This document shows positions 40,988 through 51,988 of a stretch of DNA of 64,000 bases, in pieces. Every line of letters starts with the position of its first letter. The first letter of the stretch is position 1. The position numbers were made by a program, and so were the translations under genes. Below the pieces are notes generated by a model. The model did no database searches. It was not told the origin of the DNA and was given only the letters and a program-made list of their open reading frames with translations. The stretch is from Candidatus Hermodarchaeota archaeon (GTDB taxonomy: Archaea > Asgardarchaeota > Lokiarchaeia > Sigyniarchaeales > SOKP01): assembly GCA_048885525.1 (NCBI GenBank), contig JBHLLP010000012.1:1-64000 (forward strand), written 5' to 3'.

Positions 40988-41410
40988 ATGAGTAAAAGAC
41001 TTGATGAATTTTATAAGAAAATACACAACCCGAAAAATTCCATTCCTGAGTATGCCAGTATAATCATTCGCCCGGGTAAAAAGTTAATCGACTTTAAAAT
41101 TAGAAAAGAAGATGCTAATATCTTGAAAGTGATTGGCCATGAAGAGAAAAAAACTGGTTGGTTCCTACATTCTGTTCACATTCCATTAAAAAACTTAGGT
41201 TTATCTGAGGATTCAAAAGATAAAGAAATATTAGAATATTTATCAGAACCTAGCAGAATTACAAGTAATAAAATAACTAAAGAATACGTTGAAGATTTAT
41301 TAAGGAAATATGTAGAAATTTTACCTGAAAAAAAGAAGCATTTCTTTAGAACTGAAAGGTTTAAGAAAAAGAGAGAGTTTAAAACTGGGACTCAGTTAAA
41401 AGGCTTTTAA
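40988..41410 (+). CDS. Hypothetical basic protein
   Basis: 140-aa ORF with ATG start. Confidence 0.65.
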   Translation: MSKRLDEFYKKIHNPKNSIPEYASIIIRPGKKLIDFKIRKEDANILKVIGHEEKKTGWFLHSVHIPLKNLGLSEDSKDKEILEYLSEPSRITSNKITKEYVEDLLRKYVEILPEKKKHFFRTERFKKKREFKTGTQLKGF

Positions 41411-41743
41411 CTACTTTATTTTAGATCCAGGTGGAATTGGTTTCCTCTCATCGATTTTTAATAAGAATGGTTCGTTATTAAGATCAACAGCAAGGAGCAT
41501 ACCTTGACTATCAAAATTCATAAATTTTCTTGGTTTTAAATTTGTTAACACAATAATCTTTTTATTAAGTAATTCTTCTATTGAATAAAATGGTGCTATC
41601 CCAGTAATAATTTGCCTAAAGTTTTCTTCTCCACAATCTACCATTAATTTATAGAGTTTTTTTGATTTTGGTACTTTTTCACAGCTTTTAATTAATCCAA
41701 CTCGAATATCCAATTTTGAAAAATCTTTATAATCAATTTCCAT
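41411..41743 (-). CDS. Stand-alone tRNA-binding OB-fold (MetRS C-terminal/Trbp111-like)
   Basis: DFSKLDIRVG, KLYKL.VD.G, NLKPRK, SQGMLL. Confidence 0.9.
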   Translation of the reverse strand: MEIDYKDFSKLDIRVGLIKSCEKVPKSKKLYKLMVDCGEENFRQIITGIAPFYSIEELLNKKIIVLTNLKPRKFMNFDSQGMLLAVDLNNEPFLLKIDERKPIPPGSKIK

Positions 41744-41749
41744 AAATTT

Positions 41750-42616
41750 TCACTTTCTTAAGGGCATTCCATTCATATCTATCTTTTGATTTCCTATTGG
41801 CTTTTTTTCTCTATAGGGATTTCTTATATCATTAATTTTTCTACAAAAAGTTAAATACCCTGTATGACCAATCATTCTCACTTCTGGTCTTGTTGCATTT
41901 TCTTTTACTTGTATCTTTCTTTTTATTAATTCATAGGTATTTATCTCAATAAAATCATTTTTTTTCATTGATGAAACAGTCTTTTTAACTTGTTCAATTG
42001 TGGGTGAGAAAGATACCAAGGTACCACTAAATTTTAAATATCTCTTAACTTTTTCGATCACGTGCCAAGGAGTAGCTAAATCTAAAACAATAGCATCCAC
42101 ATTCTCGTGTTTTAGATTGTCTTTTACTAAATCTCCATAATTAATTGTTACTATATCTTCTAACTTTACTCTGACTACATTTGCACTCGCTCTTTTAAGT
42201 GATTTTTCACTGATATCATATGAGTAAATATGCCCATTTGGACGAACATAATTACCCAAAATACATGTTAGAGCTCCAGAACCACATCCCGCTTCAATAA
42301 CAACACTTCCTGGTCCGATTCCTGAATAAAGTAAAATCATACCAGCATCTTTAGGATAAATAATTTGAGTTTTCCTAGTCATATGAAGAATATAATCAGA
42401 CGGTAACGGTTTTAGTACATAAAATTTATACCCTTGAGTTTCAAGAGGCTTTGAAAAGACTACTGATCCAAAATTCTTTCCAATTATGTCATCGAACTCA
42501 ATAATTCCTTTATGTGAATGAAAATTTTCACCGGGTTTCACCTGAACAAGCCATCGCCTTTTATCGTCAAGAATTAAAAAGATTAAGTCGTTCTCTTTAA
42601 CAATTTCTGAGCCCAT
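41750..42616 (-). CDS. trmI: tRNA (adenine-N1)-methyltransferase
   Basis: TQIIYPKD, EAGCGSG, LDL.TPW, FSPTIEQ, GHTGYL. Confidence 0.95.
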   Translation of the reverse strand: MGSEIVKENDLIFLILDDKRRWLVQVKPGENFHSHKGIIEFDDIIGKNFGSVVFSKPLETQGYKFYVLKPLPSDYILHMTRKTQIIYPKDAGMILLYSGIGPGSVVIEAGCGSGALTCILGNYVRPNGHIYSYDISEKSLKRASANVVRVKLEDIVTINYGDLVKDNLKHENVDAIVLDLATPWHVIEKVKRYLKFSGTLVSFSPTIEQVKKTVSSMKKNDFIEINTYELIKRKIQVKENATRPEVRMIGHTGYLTFCRKINDIRNPYREKKPIGNQKIDMNGMPLRK

Positions 42617-42788
42617 TTTAAATGCAATCTTTTTTTATTTCTAAAGTATCTAAATCTTTAATTGGATATAAGAAGGCTTTCTTTTATTATTAATTTATTT
42701 ACAAAAAATATATAAAAAATCTATAACTCTCAAATATATTAAACATATAAAAAAGCTTTTTCATAAATACTTTCTAATAAGATAAGTT

Positions 42789-43706
42789 ATGAGTAGAGAG
42801 AGACAGCATAATACTCAAACATCTCGAACATCTGTTAGATCCCTTCAGACTCAGATTGAAGATTTACGACAAAAAAGGGATGAATTAAATAAGAAAACAA
42901 AGCAATTTATCAACGATCTCCAGAACATTGAAACTGAAATTGCAAATTCACTGAAAATCGCCAAAGAAAAACACAAAAAAAAAAGAGACTACTGGAATAA
43001 TAAAGTTAAACAATTAAAGGAAAAGAAGATTGAGTATAAATCGCTATTGGATAAATTTGTAGAGGAAAAGAAAATTTTACAAAAATCAGACGCTAAAGAT
43101 CAAGAAAATACTCAAGTTCTCTCAATAAAACAAATAGAACGGAAAATAGATAATTTAGAGAGAAGAATTGAAACAGAAAAGCTTGATATTACTGAAGAAA
43201 ATGCAATTATTGATAAAATAAGAGAATTAGCATCAATAAAACAAGAATATTTGTCAGAGCAAAAAAACACTGAAATTTTGAAAATCGAGAGAAAAATAGA
43301 AATAGTTAAAATTAATCTGAATAAGATTTATGAACAATTAAATAAATGGTCAGATAAATCTCAAGAAAATCATGCAAAAATGCTACAAGAGTTCCAAAAC
43401 ATTGATAAATTGAAGGAAGACAAAAAAAAACTGGAAGAAGAATTAATTGAAAATAAAAAAACTGCTGATCGATATCATGAACAATATTTACTCGTAAAGA
43501 ATCAAAGAAAGAAAATATATAAAGGTAAAAAACCTTATAGACCGATCAAAAAACCTCCACCAAAATTAGATCAAATTTCGAAAAAGAATGAAATGATAGA
43601 AAAGATTAAACAAGATAAATTAGCAACAGCATTAGAAAAGCAAAAAGCTGGAAAAAAATTAAATCTATTCGAAGCTAGGCTGATTCTTGAGAAGTCTAAG
43701 GAATAA
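42789..43706 (+). CDS. Archaeal coiled-coil protein (COG1340-like)
   Basis: Heptad-rich; KRDELN, LE..IET..L.I.EE, GKKLNLFE. Confidence 0.75.
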   Translation: MSRERQHNTQTSRTSVRSLQTQIEDLRQKRDELNKKTKQFINDLQNIETEIANSLKIAKEKHKKKRDYWNNKVKQLKEKKIEYKSLLDKFVEEKKILQKSDAKDQENTQVLSIKQIERKIDNLERRIETEKLDITEENAIIDKIRELASIKQEYLSEQKNTEILKIERKIEIVKINLNKIYEQLNKWSDKSQENHAKMLQEFQNIDKLKEDKKKLEEELIENKKTADRYHEQYLLVKNQRKKIYKGKKPYRPIKKPPPKLDQISKKNEMIEKIKQDKLATALEKQKAGKKLNLFEARLILEKSKE

Positions 43707-43885
43707 TTACTTTTTTTATATTTGGATATTTTTTATATTCCTCCAATTTAAAGCAATTTTAATTAATTTCGTAATTTATTTAAAGATATCTTATCAAAAA
43801 ATTAAGAGAGCTGAATAAGGTTTAAAAAAATTGTATATTTATTATTTAATTAACGTTTAAAAATAATGGAAAGGATTGATTAAAT

Positions 43886-45214
43886 TTGAAGAAAAAAATA
43901 GCTGAAATCCGAAATCTATTACTTGAACATCATGAATGGTTTCAAAGATCAATACCTCTGATTGCTTCTGAAAATATTACGAGTCCAGCAGTGGATGAAG
44001 TTTGTGCATCAGATTTCTCACATCGATATGCAGAAGGATGGAGTGGACAAAGAGTTTATGCCGGATGCACCTATATTGATAAGGTTGAAGATATTTGCAT
44101 GGAACTTACAAAAGAGTATTTTAAATGCTTACATGCCGATGTAAGACCTGTTTCCGGCGTTGTAGCAAATTTAGTTATGTATAATGCATTTACTTCAGAT
44201 AATAATGGTAAAATGTGTTGCATGTCTATCGTTAGGGGGGGCCATATTTCACATGGTCCTAGATTTGCTAAAAGTGGGAGAGAAATATTTGGTACTGCTG
44301 GAACAACAAGAGGAATAGATGTTGAATATTTAGCGTTTGATAATGATGAAATGAATCTTGATATTGACGCTTCAGCAAAAATTATTAGAAAATTTGAACC
44401 TGAATTAGTTTTGTTTGGAGGTTCTGTATTTTTATTCCCACATCCCGTTAAAGAGCTTGGTGATGTAGCAAGAGAAGTTGGAGCTTATGTTGGTTATGAT
44501 GCCGCTCATGTGGCGGGCTTGATTGGTTCAGGATATTTCCAAGATCCATTAAGGGAGGGGGCAGATACCATGACAATGAGCACTCATAAGACACTTCCAG
44601 GACCTCAACATGGGACTTTAGTATCAAATAGAGAAGATTTAATTGAAACTCTGAGATCTTGTGCCTTTCCTGCTCTTTTATCTAATCATCATTTACATAA
44701 TGTTGCTGGATTAGCGATCGCATTAGCAGAAATGCTAGAATTTGGAAAGGATTACCATAAAAATGTTATTCAAAATGCAAAGGCTCTTGGTCAAGCTTTA
44801 TCTGAGCATGGTTTGAAAGTTTTAATGGAACATAAAGGTTTTACTGAATCTCACCAGATAATAGTTGATGTTACTGAATTTGAGAAAACTATCGGGTTAG
44901 GTGGAGATATTGAGAAATTATTAGAACAAGCAAATATCATACTTAATCGTAATCTATTGCCCTATGACATTGCTCAAGGCAGACATTATCAAAATCCAGG
45001 TGGTTTAAGAATAGGCACATCTGAAATTACTAGACTTGGTATGGGTAAAAGTGAAATGATCGATATTGCTGAATTTTTTAAGAAATTATTAATTGAAAAA
45101 AAAGACCCTAAAGAAGTTAAAGATGAAATAATGGATTTTAGAAAAGATTTCCAAGAAATTAAATATTGCTTTCAGTCTTCAAATAAGGCTTATGAATATT
45201 TAAAATTTTATTAA
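43886..45214 (+). CDS. glyA: Serine hydroxymethyltransferase
   Basis: LIASEN, RYAEG, GGHISH, DAAH.AGL, STHKTL.GP, G.RIGT. Confidence 0.97.
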   Translation: MKKKIAEIRNLLLEHHEWFQRSIPLIASENITSPAVDEVCASDFSHRYAEGWSGQRVYAGCTYIDKVEDICMELTKEYFKCLHADVRPVSGVVANLVMYNAFTSDNNGKMCCMSIVRGGHISHGPRFAKSGREIFGTAGTTRGIDVEYLAFDNDEMNLDIDASAKIIRKFEPELVLFGGSVFLFPHPVKELGDVAREVGAYVGYDAAHVAGLIGSGYFQDPLREGADTMTMSTHKTLPGPQHGTLVSNREDLIETLRSCAFPALLSNHHLHNVAGLAIALAEMLEFGKDYHKNVIQNAKALGQALSEHGLKVLMEHKGFTESHQIIVDVTEFEKTIGLGGDIEKLLEQANIILNRNLLPYDIAQGRHYQNPGGLRIGTSEITRLGMGKSEMIDIAEFFKKLLIEKKDPKEVKDEIMDFRKDFQEIKYCFQSSNKAYEYLKFY

Positions 45215-45300
45215 TCTTCTTTATTCTTGTTTTTTCTTTAGAATAAATAATAAAACTTATCTTAAACGATTCATTTCAGACTTATTATAATTTTGAATTA

Positions 45301-46143
45301 ATGAAAGTCATGAATCTCGAAGTTCTTGAAAAAAGTGATAGAAAACTCATATTTGTAGTTGAGGGGATATCAATTGAGATGGCTAATGCAATTCGTAGAA
45401 TTATTATTTCTGAAATTCCTGTTATGGCTGTAGATGAAATTATCATTCTGAAAAACGATAGTCCATTATATGATGAAATAATATCACACAGGCTCGGATT
45501 AATCCCTTTGACAACAGATTTAGAGGTTTACAAATTACCACGTGAATGTGAGTGTGGTGGATATGGTTGTCCTCTCTGTCAAGTTTCCTTAACATGTGAA
45601 GTTACTAACACATCAACCGCTCCTCTAGAAATTTACTCGGGTGACCTCAAATCAAATGACCCTAAGATAATTCCTGTTGATCCAAATATTCCAATAGTAA
45701 AAATAGATAAAAATGATAAAGTAATAATTGAGGCTTATGCTATACTAGGTTTAGCAAAAGATCACGTTAAATGGCAAGCAATTTCAAATATATTTTACAG
45801 ATTTTATCCCCAAATCGATTTTAATAATAGTAAGTGTGCTAAATGCCCGGATAAATGTATAGTATCAAGAATGTGTCCTGAAGATTTATATGATTTCTCA
45901 AGTAAAAAAACTACAGTGTTAATAGAAGATTATTGGAAAAAATGCACATTATGTAATTCTTGCCAGAATGATTGTCCAGAAGAAGCTATTAAAGTAGGTT
46001 GGAAAGAAAATACTTATATATTTTCAATTGAAAGTGATGGAGTTCTTCCATTTGAGACAATTATTAAGAAAACATTTGATATTTTTTTAGAAAAGATTGA
46101 TGAATTTGTAGAAAGACTTGAAGAAGCAGAGATAGAATCGTGA
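45301..46143 (+). CDS. rpoD: DNA-directed RNA polymerase subunit Rpo3 (D) with ferredoxin-like insert
   Basis: ANAIRR..SEIP.MAVD, LYDEIISHRLGLIPL, CECGGYGCPLC, H.KW, C-terminal CxxCxxCxxxCP. Confidence 0.95.
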   Translation: MKVMNLEVLEKSDRKLIFVVEGISIEMANAIRRIIISEIPVMAVDEIIILKNDSPLYDEIISHRLGLIPLTTDLEVYKLPRECECGGYGCPLCQVSLTCEVTNTSTAPLEIYSGDLKSNDPKIIPVDPNIPIVKIDKNDKVIIEAYAILGLAKDHVKWQAISNIFYRFYPQIDFNNSKCAKCPDKCIVSRMCPEDLYDFSSKKTTVLIEDYWKKCTLCNSCQNDCPEEAIKVGWKENTYIFSIESDGVLPFETIIKKTFDIFLEKIDEFVERLEEAEIES

Positions 46144-46213
46144 TTTATCAAAAAATTATTTAAATATTATAAATTTAAGATATCAGAATTAATAAATTAG
46201 AGCGTCGTTTTAC

Positions 46214-46570
46214 ATGTCTCACAAGGTAACTGGTCCATCAAATTATTACGTTAGAAAGCTAATTAGAGATTTATGGAAGACAAAGATAAATATATGGAAA
46301 ACTGTATCAAAAAAATTAAGTGGTCCAAGAAGAAATAGAGTAAAAGCAAATTTATATCGTATTAATAAGAAGACAAAGAAGAACGATATAATTGTAATTC
46401 CCGGAAAAATTTTAGGACTAGGAGAATTAGATCATACTCTTACTATAGCATGCTTAGATTATTCAAAATCAGCGAAGAAAAAAATTGAATCCTCTGGAAG
46501 CACGTTAATGACAATTGAAAAATTATTAGAACAAAACCCTAAAGGTAGTGGTGTAAAGATCTTATATTGA
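46214..46570 (+). CDS. rpl18e: 50S ribosomal protein eL18
   Basis: IW..V..L..PRRNR, VIPGKILG.G, NPKGS. Confidence 0.95.
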   Translation: MSHKVTGPSNYYVRKLIRDLWKTKINIWKTVSKKLSGPRRNRVKANLYRINKKTKKNDIIVIPGKILGLGELDHTLTIACLDYSKSAKKKIESSGSTLMTIEKLLEQNPKGSGVKILY

Positions 46571-46603
46571 AATAACAAATATCTTATTTAAAAGTGATAA
46601 AAC

Positions 46604-47077
46604 ATGGTAGTTGAATATCAATTATATGATGCTTCGAATAAAATTTTGGGTCGTTTTTGTAGTCACATAGCAAAAAAAGCTTTATTGGGTGAGTATATAG
46701 TAATTATTAATGCGAAAGATGCAATTGTCAGTGGAACAAAAAGAAATATTCATGAGAATTATCTTGCTAAATTAAAAATTTCAACAGCTACTAATCCACG
46801 TAGGGGACCATTTCATGAAAGGAGACCAGATACTTTTATGAGAAGAGTTGTAAAACAAATGTTACCAAGAAAGAAACTGCGAGGAAAGGAAGCTCTTAAG
46901 AGAGTCCACGTTTATATATCGGATATTCCAGAAAGATTTAAGAAGAGATATCAAACCTTAGTACCTAATGAAATTAATAATGTAGACAAGAAGAGACTTT
47001 CATATTACAATCGATATATCACTTTAGAAAATTTATGTCAAAGAATAGGTTGGAAGAAAACCGAGGTTGAAGTTTAA
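46604..47077 (+). CDS. rpl13: 50S ribosomal protein uL13
   Basis: DA..ILGR..S..AK..L.GE, GPFH.RRPD..RR.V..MLP. Confidence 0.95.
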   Translation: MVVEYQLYDASNKILGRFCSHIAKKALLGEYIVIINAKDAIVSGTKRNIHENYLAKLKISTATNPRRGPFHERRPDTFMRRVVKQMLPRKKLRGKEALKRVHVYISDIPERFKKRYQTLVPNEINNVDKKRLSYYNRYITLENLCQRIGWKKTEVEV

Positions 47078-47080
47078 AAT

Positions 47081-47491
47081 ATGTCAATGAAAGTTATTCA
47101 AGCATCAGGAAAAAGAAAATCTGCTATTGCAAGAGCTGTTTTGAGACATCCTGCTAAAGGTCAAATAAAAATAAATAATACACCTCTACAATTATATGAA
47201 CCTGAAATAGAGCGATTAAGAATCCAAGAAGTAGTTGAAATAGTAAACCATCCAAAAGTTGATAAATGTGACATTAATATTAATGTGAAAGGTGGTGGAA
47301 AGAGTGGACAAACTGATGCTGTACGTATGGCTATTGCGAAATCAATATTTAAGTTTTTAGGTACAAAAACAATAGAAAGAATTTTTAGAGAATATGATGA
47401 CTCCTTATTAAGTGGAGATTCGAGACGAACAGAACCAAAGAAATTCGGAGGCAAAAAAGCTAGATCTCGAAGACAAAAAAGTTTCAGATAA
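47081..47491 (+). CDS. rps9: 30S ribosomal protein uS9
   Basis: GKRKSAIARA, VKGGG..GQ, R.EPKKFGG..AR..QKSFR. Confidence 0.97.
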   Translation: MSMKVIQASGKRKSAIARAVLRHPAKGQIKINNTPLQLYEPEIERLRIQEVVEIVNHPKVDKCDININVKGGGKSGQTDAVRMAIAKSIFKFLGTKTIERIFREYDDSLLSGDSRRTEPKKFGGKKARSRRQKSFR

Positions 47492-47504
47492 AATTTTAAA
47501 AATC

Positions 47505-48821
47505 TCAAAGAATTTCGATATTTGCTCCTAATTCTTTCAAATCCTCATAAAAGCTAGGATATGAATCTTTTACGATATTACTGTTATGAATAGATGAACT
47601 TGAATCAGCAAATAAAGCTGCTATGCTACAAGCCATAGCTATTCTATGATCATTATTATGATTAATTTTTATTCCCGAAATTTTATCACAGTGAAAGATC
47701 GTCAATTTATCTTTCTCTTCAATAACTTTAACACCCATTTTAGTTAATTCTCGAGCCATTGCAGCAATTCTGTCAGTTTCTTTCAATCTTTGGTTAGAAG
47801 CGTTGTAAAGAACGGTTTTTCCTTCTGCGAAAGCACCAATGACAGACAAAATCGGAAATAAATCGGGAATTTCAATACAATTAATCTCAATGCCATTTAA
47901 AGGTGAGTTTCTATTATCTCCGTTTATGAGTACCCAGTCGTTTTCTTGGTCAATTTTAATTTTTGCTCCCATTTGTGTAAAAATCTCAAGAATTATTTTG
48001 TCTCCTTGGTAATTATTAATATTAAGGTTTTTAATAATTATAGATGATGGTTTATTAGATAGAACTGCAGCTGCTAAAATGTATGCGGCAGAACTAAAAT
48101 CTCCCGGGATTGTAATTGATTGTGATCTATAAATCTGTTCATTTGTTATATAGAACTTTCTATCTTTGAAATTAGCTTGAATATTAATTCCAAATGACTC
48201 TAATATATCTAAGGTAATATTAATAAAAGGTTTAGAGGATAATGGAGTTAATGATTCAATTTCAATATAGTCTATGTTTTTGCATTTTATTAAGGGACAC
48301 AATATTAACAACGCAGTTATAAACTGTGAGCTTATATCGCCTTGAATCTTAATTTTATTGCAAACAACTTTTTTACGTTTTATTTTAAGTTTTTTATCTG
48401 TTAATTTGAAAACTCCTCCTAATTGTTCAAGTGCATTGAGAAGTGGAAGAATAGGTCGTTTAAAGTTAAAAAAATCTCCTTTTAAAGTTAATCCTCCCTC
48501 AATAAGCAAACCTAAAGCACTGAAAATTCTGACTGTTGTACCTGAATTTCTGCAATCTATTGCTTTTTTATAAGATCTATAGGCATCTTTAACTCGTTTA
48601 ACGATGTAAGTGTTACCATCTTTTTTAAGAATTCTCACTCCTAATAATTGTAATAAATTCATTGTAACAGCTACATCTCCACTCGTCAAGGGATTTTTAA
48701 TTATTGAAATGCCATCAGCTAAACTAGCAGCAATAAAAGCTCTATGGGAATAACTTTTAGATCCAGGTGCTATGACTTCACCATTTAAACCGTTTTTTAT
48801 CGGAGTAATTTTGAGATTCAT
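47505..48821 (-). CDS. aroA: 3-phosphoshikimate 1-carboxyvinyltransferase (EPSP synthase)
   Basis: PGSKS.SHRA, NSGTT.R, SSQF, GDFSSA, R.KETDR, DHRIAM, SYP.F. Confidence 0.95.
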   Translation of the reverse strand: MNLKITPIKNGLNGEVIAPGSKSYSHRAFIAASLADGISIIKNPLTSGDVAVTMNLLQLLGVRILKKDGNTYIVKRVKDAYRSYKKAIDCRNSGTTVRIFSALGLLIEGGLTLKGDFFNFKRPILPLLNALEQLGGVFKLTDKKLKIKRKKVVCNKIKIQGDISSQFITALLILCPLIKCKNIDYIEIESLTPLSSKPFINITLDILESFGINIQANFKDRKFYITNEQIYRSQSITIPGDFSSAAYILAAAVLSNKPSSIIIKNLNINNYQGDKIILEIFTQMGAKIKIDQENDWVLINGDNRNSPLNGIEINCIEIPDLFPILSVIGAFAEGKTVLYNASNQRLKETDRIAAMARELTKMGVKVIEEKDKLTIFHCDKISGIKINHNNDHRIAMACSIAALFADSSSSIHNSNIVKDSYPSFYEDLKELGANIEIL

Positions 48822-48911
48822 TAAATAATAAATAGAAACTTATAGATATAATATTATTTAAATAATCATATAAGACTATTGTTAAATAATTCCTTAGAGA
48901 ACGTGAAAAAG

Positions 48912-50018
48912 ATGCATAATTCATTGGGTACCATCTTTAGAATAACTTCATTTGGAGAGAGTCATGGAGAATTAGTTGGAATTATATTAGATGGAGTACC
49001 AGCGGGATTAGACTTTGATTTAAGTATAATTCAAAACGAACTCGATAGAAGAAAACCGGGTCAAACACTAATTAGTACTAACCGTTTAGAGGAGGATCGC
49101 GTTAAATTATTATCTGGTGTTTTTGATAATAAAACAACAGGAGCTCCCATTTGTTTAATAATTGAGAATAAAGATGTAGATTCATCAATATATAAAACAT
49201 ATAAAAATTTCTTGCGTCCATCACATGTAGATTACTCTGCATTCAAAAAGTATGGTGGTTATTCAGATTATCGAGGATCGGGTAGGTTTTCTGGTAGAAT
49301 AACTGCAGGGTTTGTTATGGCTGGAGCCATAGCGAAACAGATATTAAAAAAATATAATATCTTGATATTTGCCTATACAAAGAGTATCGGGAATATTATT
49401 GATGAACAAAATTATTCTTCAAATGAGCTTAAAGAATTATATAAAATTAGAGAAGAAAATACTGTTAGAGCTATTAGTTCCAAAAAGGCCAAATTAATGG
49501 AAGAACTAGTTAAAAATGTGAAAAATCAAAATGATTCTATTGGAGGAACAGTTAGATGTATAGTAATAAATTTTCCAGAAGGAAAAGGGAACCCTATTTT
49601 TAACAGTATTGAGTCAAATATAAGTAGCGCGATTTTTGCAATTCCGGGAATAAAGGGTATAGAGTTTGGAGCTGGTTTTAAGGGAACTAGAATGAAAGGC
49701 TCGGAGCACAACGATCCATGGGTTTTTAAGGATGGAAAAATCCAAACAACTAAAAATGACTCCGGGGGAATTATTGGGGGGATTTCTACAGGAATGCCAA
49801 TTGAATTTACAGTTGGAATTAAACCAACTGCTTCCATAGCTATTCGACAGAGAACTGTTAACATTGAAACAATGAAAAATGTAGAAGTTGAATTTCCTGG
49901 TCGTCATGATCCATGTATAGTCCCAAGGGTGGTGTCAGTAATTGAAGCTATGACCGCCAATGTTTTACTTGATTGTTTATTAATTGAGGGTTATATTCCT
50001 AGAATTTTAAATTCTTAA
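48912..50018 (+). CDS. aroC: Chorismate synthase
   Basis: FGESHG, RR.PGQ, RPSH.D, G.SEHND, KPT.SI, GRHDPC; ATG at 48912 preferred. Confidence 0.95.
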   Translation: MHNSLGTIFRITSFGESHGELVGIILDGVPAGLDFDLSIIQNELDRRKPGQTLISTNRLEEDRVKLLSGVFDNKTTGAPICLIIENKDVDSSIYKTYKNFLRPSHVDYSAFKKYGGYSDYRGSGRFSGRITAGFVMAGAIAKQILKKYNILIFAYTKSIGNIIDEQNYSSNELKELYKIREENTVRAISSKKAKLMEELVKNVKNQNDSIGGTVRCIVINFPEGKGNPIFNSIESNISSAIFAIPGIKGIEFGAGFKGTRMKGSEHNDPWVFKDGKIQTTKNDSGGIIGGISTGMPIEFTVGIKPTASIAIRQRTVNIETMKNVEVEFPGRHDPCIVPRVVSVIEAMTANVLLDCLLIEGYIPRILNS

Positions 50019-50113
50019 AAGAATAACCTAATTATAATTTGTCATAAGATAGAATAAAAATTAAAAATTATTAATTATAAATTGAGTATAATAAGAAGTA
50101 AATTGAGTTAATA

Positions 50114-50353
50114 GTGTCTATACAAGAAAAATTTATTAAAGACGTAATTAAAGTAATAGATAGATGGTCTTTTGAGCAGTGTGCTTTTTGTGAAAATGGG
50201 ACAATGGTATCAATTGAAGGGATGGTTGATTTCAAATGTAGCAAATGTGGAAATACCATGAACCCCCTTAATTATTTAGGAGAGATTGCTAAGTATGTTT
50301 TTAATTATAGAGAACAAAATCCACATCTTAATAATGAACCCGGGTATGATTAA
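50114..50353 (+). CDS. Small zinc-ribbon protein
   Basis: CAFC..FKCSKCG. Confidence 0.65.
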   Translation: MSIQEKFIKDVIKVIDRWSFEQCAFCENGTMVSIEGMVDFKCSKCGNTMNPLNYLGEIAKYVFNYREQNPHLNNEPGYD

Positions 50354-50450
50354 TCTCATCTAAAATTAGGAAATTATTAATTAAATTGCATAATTTATAA
50401 TTATAAACTCAATTCTTTAAAAAATTAAATAAATTTCTTAGGTATTTAAA

Positions 50451-51875
50451 ATGGAATTACCTATTACAGCAGTTTTATTAGGAGCAGGTAGGAGAGGATT
50501 TCATGTCTATGGTAATTATGCTCTAAAAAATAAAGAAAAAATAAAATTTGTAGCTGTAGCAGAACCTATCAAAAATACACGTGAAAACTTTGCCAAATTA
50601 CATAATATCCCTACTAATAGATGTTTTGAAAGCTGGGAGGATTTGCTTATTAAGGAGAAACTAGCAGAAGTTGCTTTTGTGTGTACTCAAGATCAAATGC
50701 ACACAGCACCTACATTATTGGCATTAGAGAAAGGATATCATATATTACTAGAAAAACCCATGGCACATAGATTAACTGATTGTATTAAAATAGTGAAAAA
50801 AGTAGAGGAAACGGGTAAAATTTTAGGAGTTTCTCATGTATTAAGATACACCGAATTTTTTTTAACGATTTTAAAAATTATTAATAAAGGATTGCTTGGA
50901 GATATTGTTAATATCTCACATCGAGAAAATGTTTCATGGTATCACATGGCACACAGTTTTGTCCGAGGACCATGGGCAGTTAGAGAAAAATCTTCACCCA
51001 TGATTTTAGCAAAAGCTTGTCATGATTTAGATTTATTATATTGGATGGTGGGGTCCATTCCGAAAAAAATTAGTTCTTTTGGTAGCTTATTCCATTTCAA
51101 AGCAGAGAATGCACCTCAAGGAGCTCCAAAATTTTGTTTAGATGGATGTCCTGTAAAAAATACATGTAAATACTACGCTCCAAGGACTTATATTGATATA
51201 ATCCCAATAATTCAAATTATGCAAAAAGGAAAAAACAGAGGACTTAAATTTTTGAGTAATTTACGTAAGAATTATATTAAATTATATACGTTCTTAGCTA
51301 AAATAATTCCTGCATTTAAGAGATTGAGATACTGGAGTGAATGGCCTGTTTATTATTTATATTCTGGACAACAAGAAGACTATTCAGACCAGGCAAAATT
51401 AAAAATTCTTAAAACAAGTCAATATGGGAGGTGTGTGTATTTTAGTGATAACAACGTAGTTGATCATCAAGTAGTCAATATAGAGTTTGAAAATGGTGTT
51501 ACAGCTAATTTTACTATGCATGGATTTAGTGAGAGAGAAGGTAGAACTCTGAGAATTGATGGTACAGAAGCAACTTTAATAGGAGAATTTCATGATTCCA
51601 ATAAAAAGTTAACTCTCTATAATCATTTTTCTGGAGATAAAAGAATTATTTTAGATCAAAAACTTACACTTAGTACAGCTGAACATGGTGGAGGAGACCC
51701 TAAATTAATTGATGCTTTTATCGAATCATTGAATAACCCAAACTTTGTTCAACCTTTAACAAATGCTAGAGCTTGTCTTGAAAGTCATTTAATGGCTTTT
51801 GCCGCTGATGAATCTCGAATAAAAGGAACCGTGATTAATATGGATGAATATCGCAAGAGATCAGATAATCTTTGA
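50451..51875 (+). CDS. Gfo/Idh/MocA oxidoreductase
   Basis: LGAG.RG, EKPM, HVLRY, HSFVRG.W, LAKACHDLD, HGGGD. Confidence 0.92.
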   Translation: MELPITAVLLGAGRRGFHVYGNYALKNKEKIKFVAVAEPIKNTRENFAKLHNIPTNRCFESWEDLLIKEKLAEVAFVCTQDQMHTAPTLLALEKGYHILLEKPMAHRLTDCIKIVKKVEETGKILGVSHVLRYTEFFLTILKIINKGLLGDIVNISHRENVSWYHMAHSFVRGPWAVREKSSPMILAKACHDLDLLYWMVGSIPKKISSFGSLFHFKAENAPQGAPKFCLDGCPVKNTCKYYAPRTYIDIIPIIQIMQKGKNRGLKFLSNLRKNYIKLYTFLAKIIPAFKRLRYWSEWPVYYLYSGQQEDYSDQAKLKILKTSQYGRCVYFSDNNVVDHQVVNIEFENGVTANFTMHGFSEREGRTLRIDGTEATLIGEFHDSNKKLTLYNHFSGDKRIILDQKLTLSTAEHGGGDPKLIDAFIESLNNPNFVQPLTNARACLESHLMAFAADESRIKGTVINMDEYRKRSDNL

Positions 51876-51988
51876 ATATTTTACTAGAGATAAATGTTAA
51901 TATTGTGAAAAAAATATAGATAATTTATTATTATTAATAACATAAAATATCTTATAATTAAAACTAAATTTTGGTCTGTTAAAATAGA

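Noticed and set aside
46143-47505. tRNA genes often found in the rpoD-S9 cluster
   Set aside because: The intergenic gaps are short and AT-rich, with no cloverleaf or T-loop motif.
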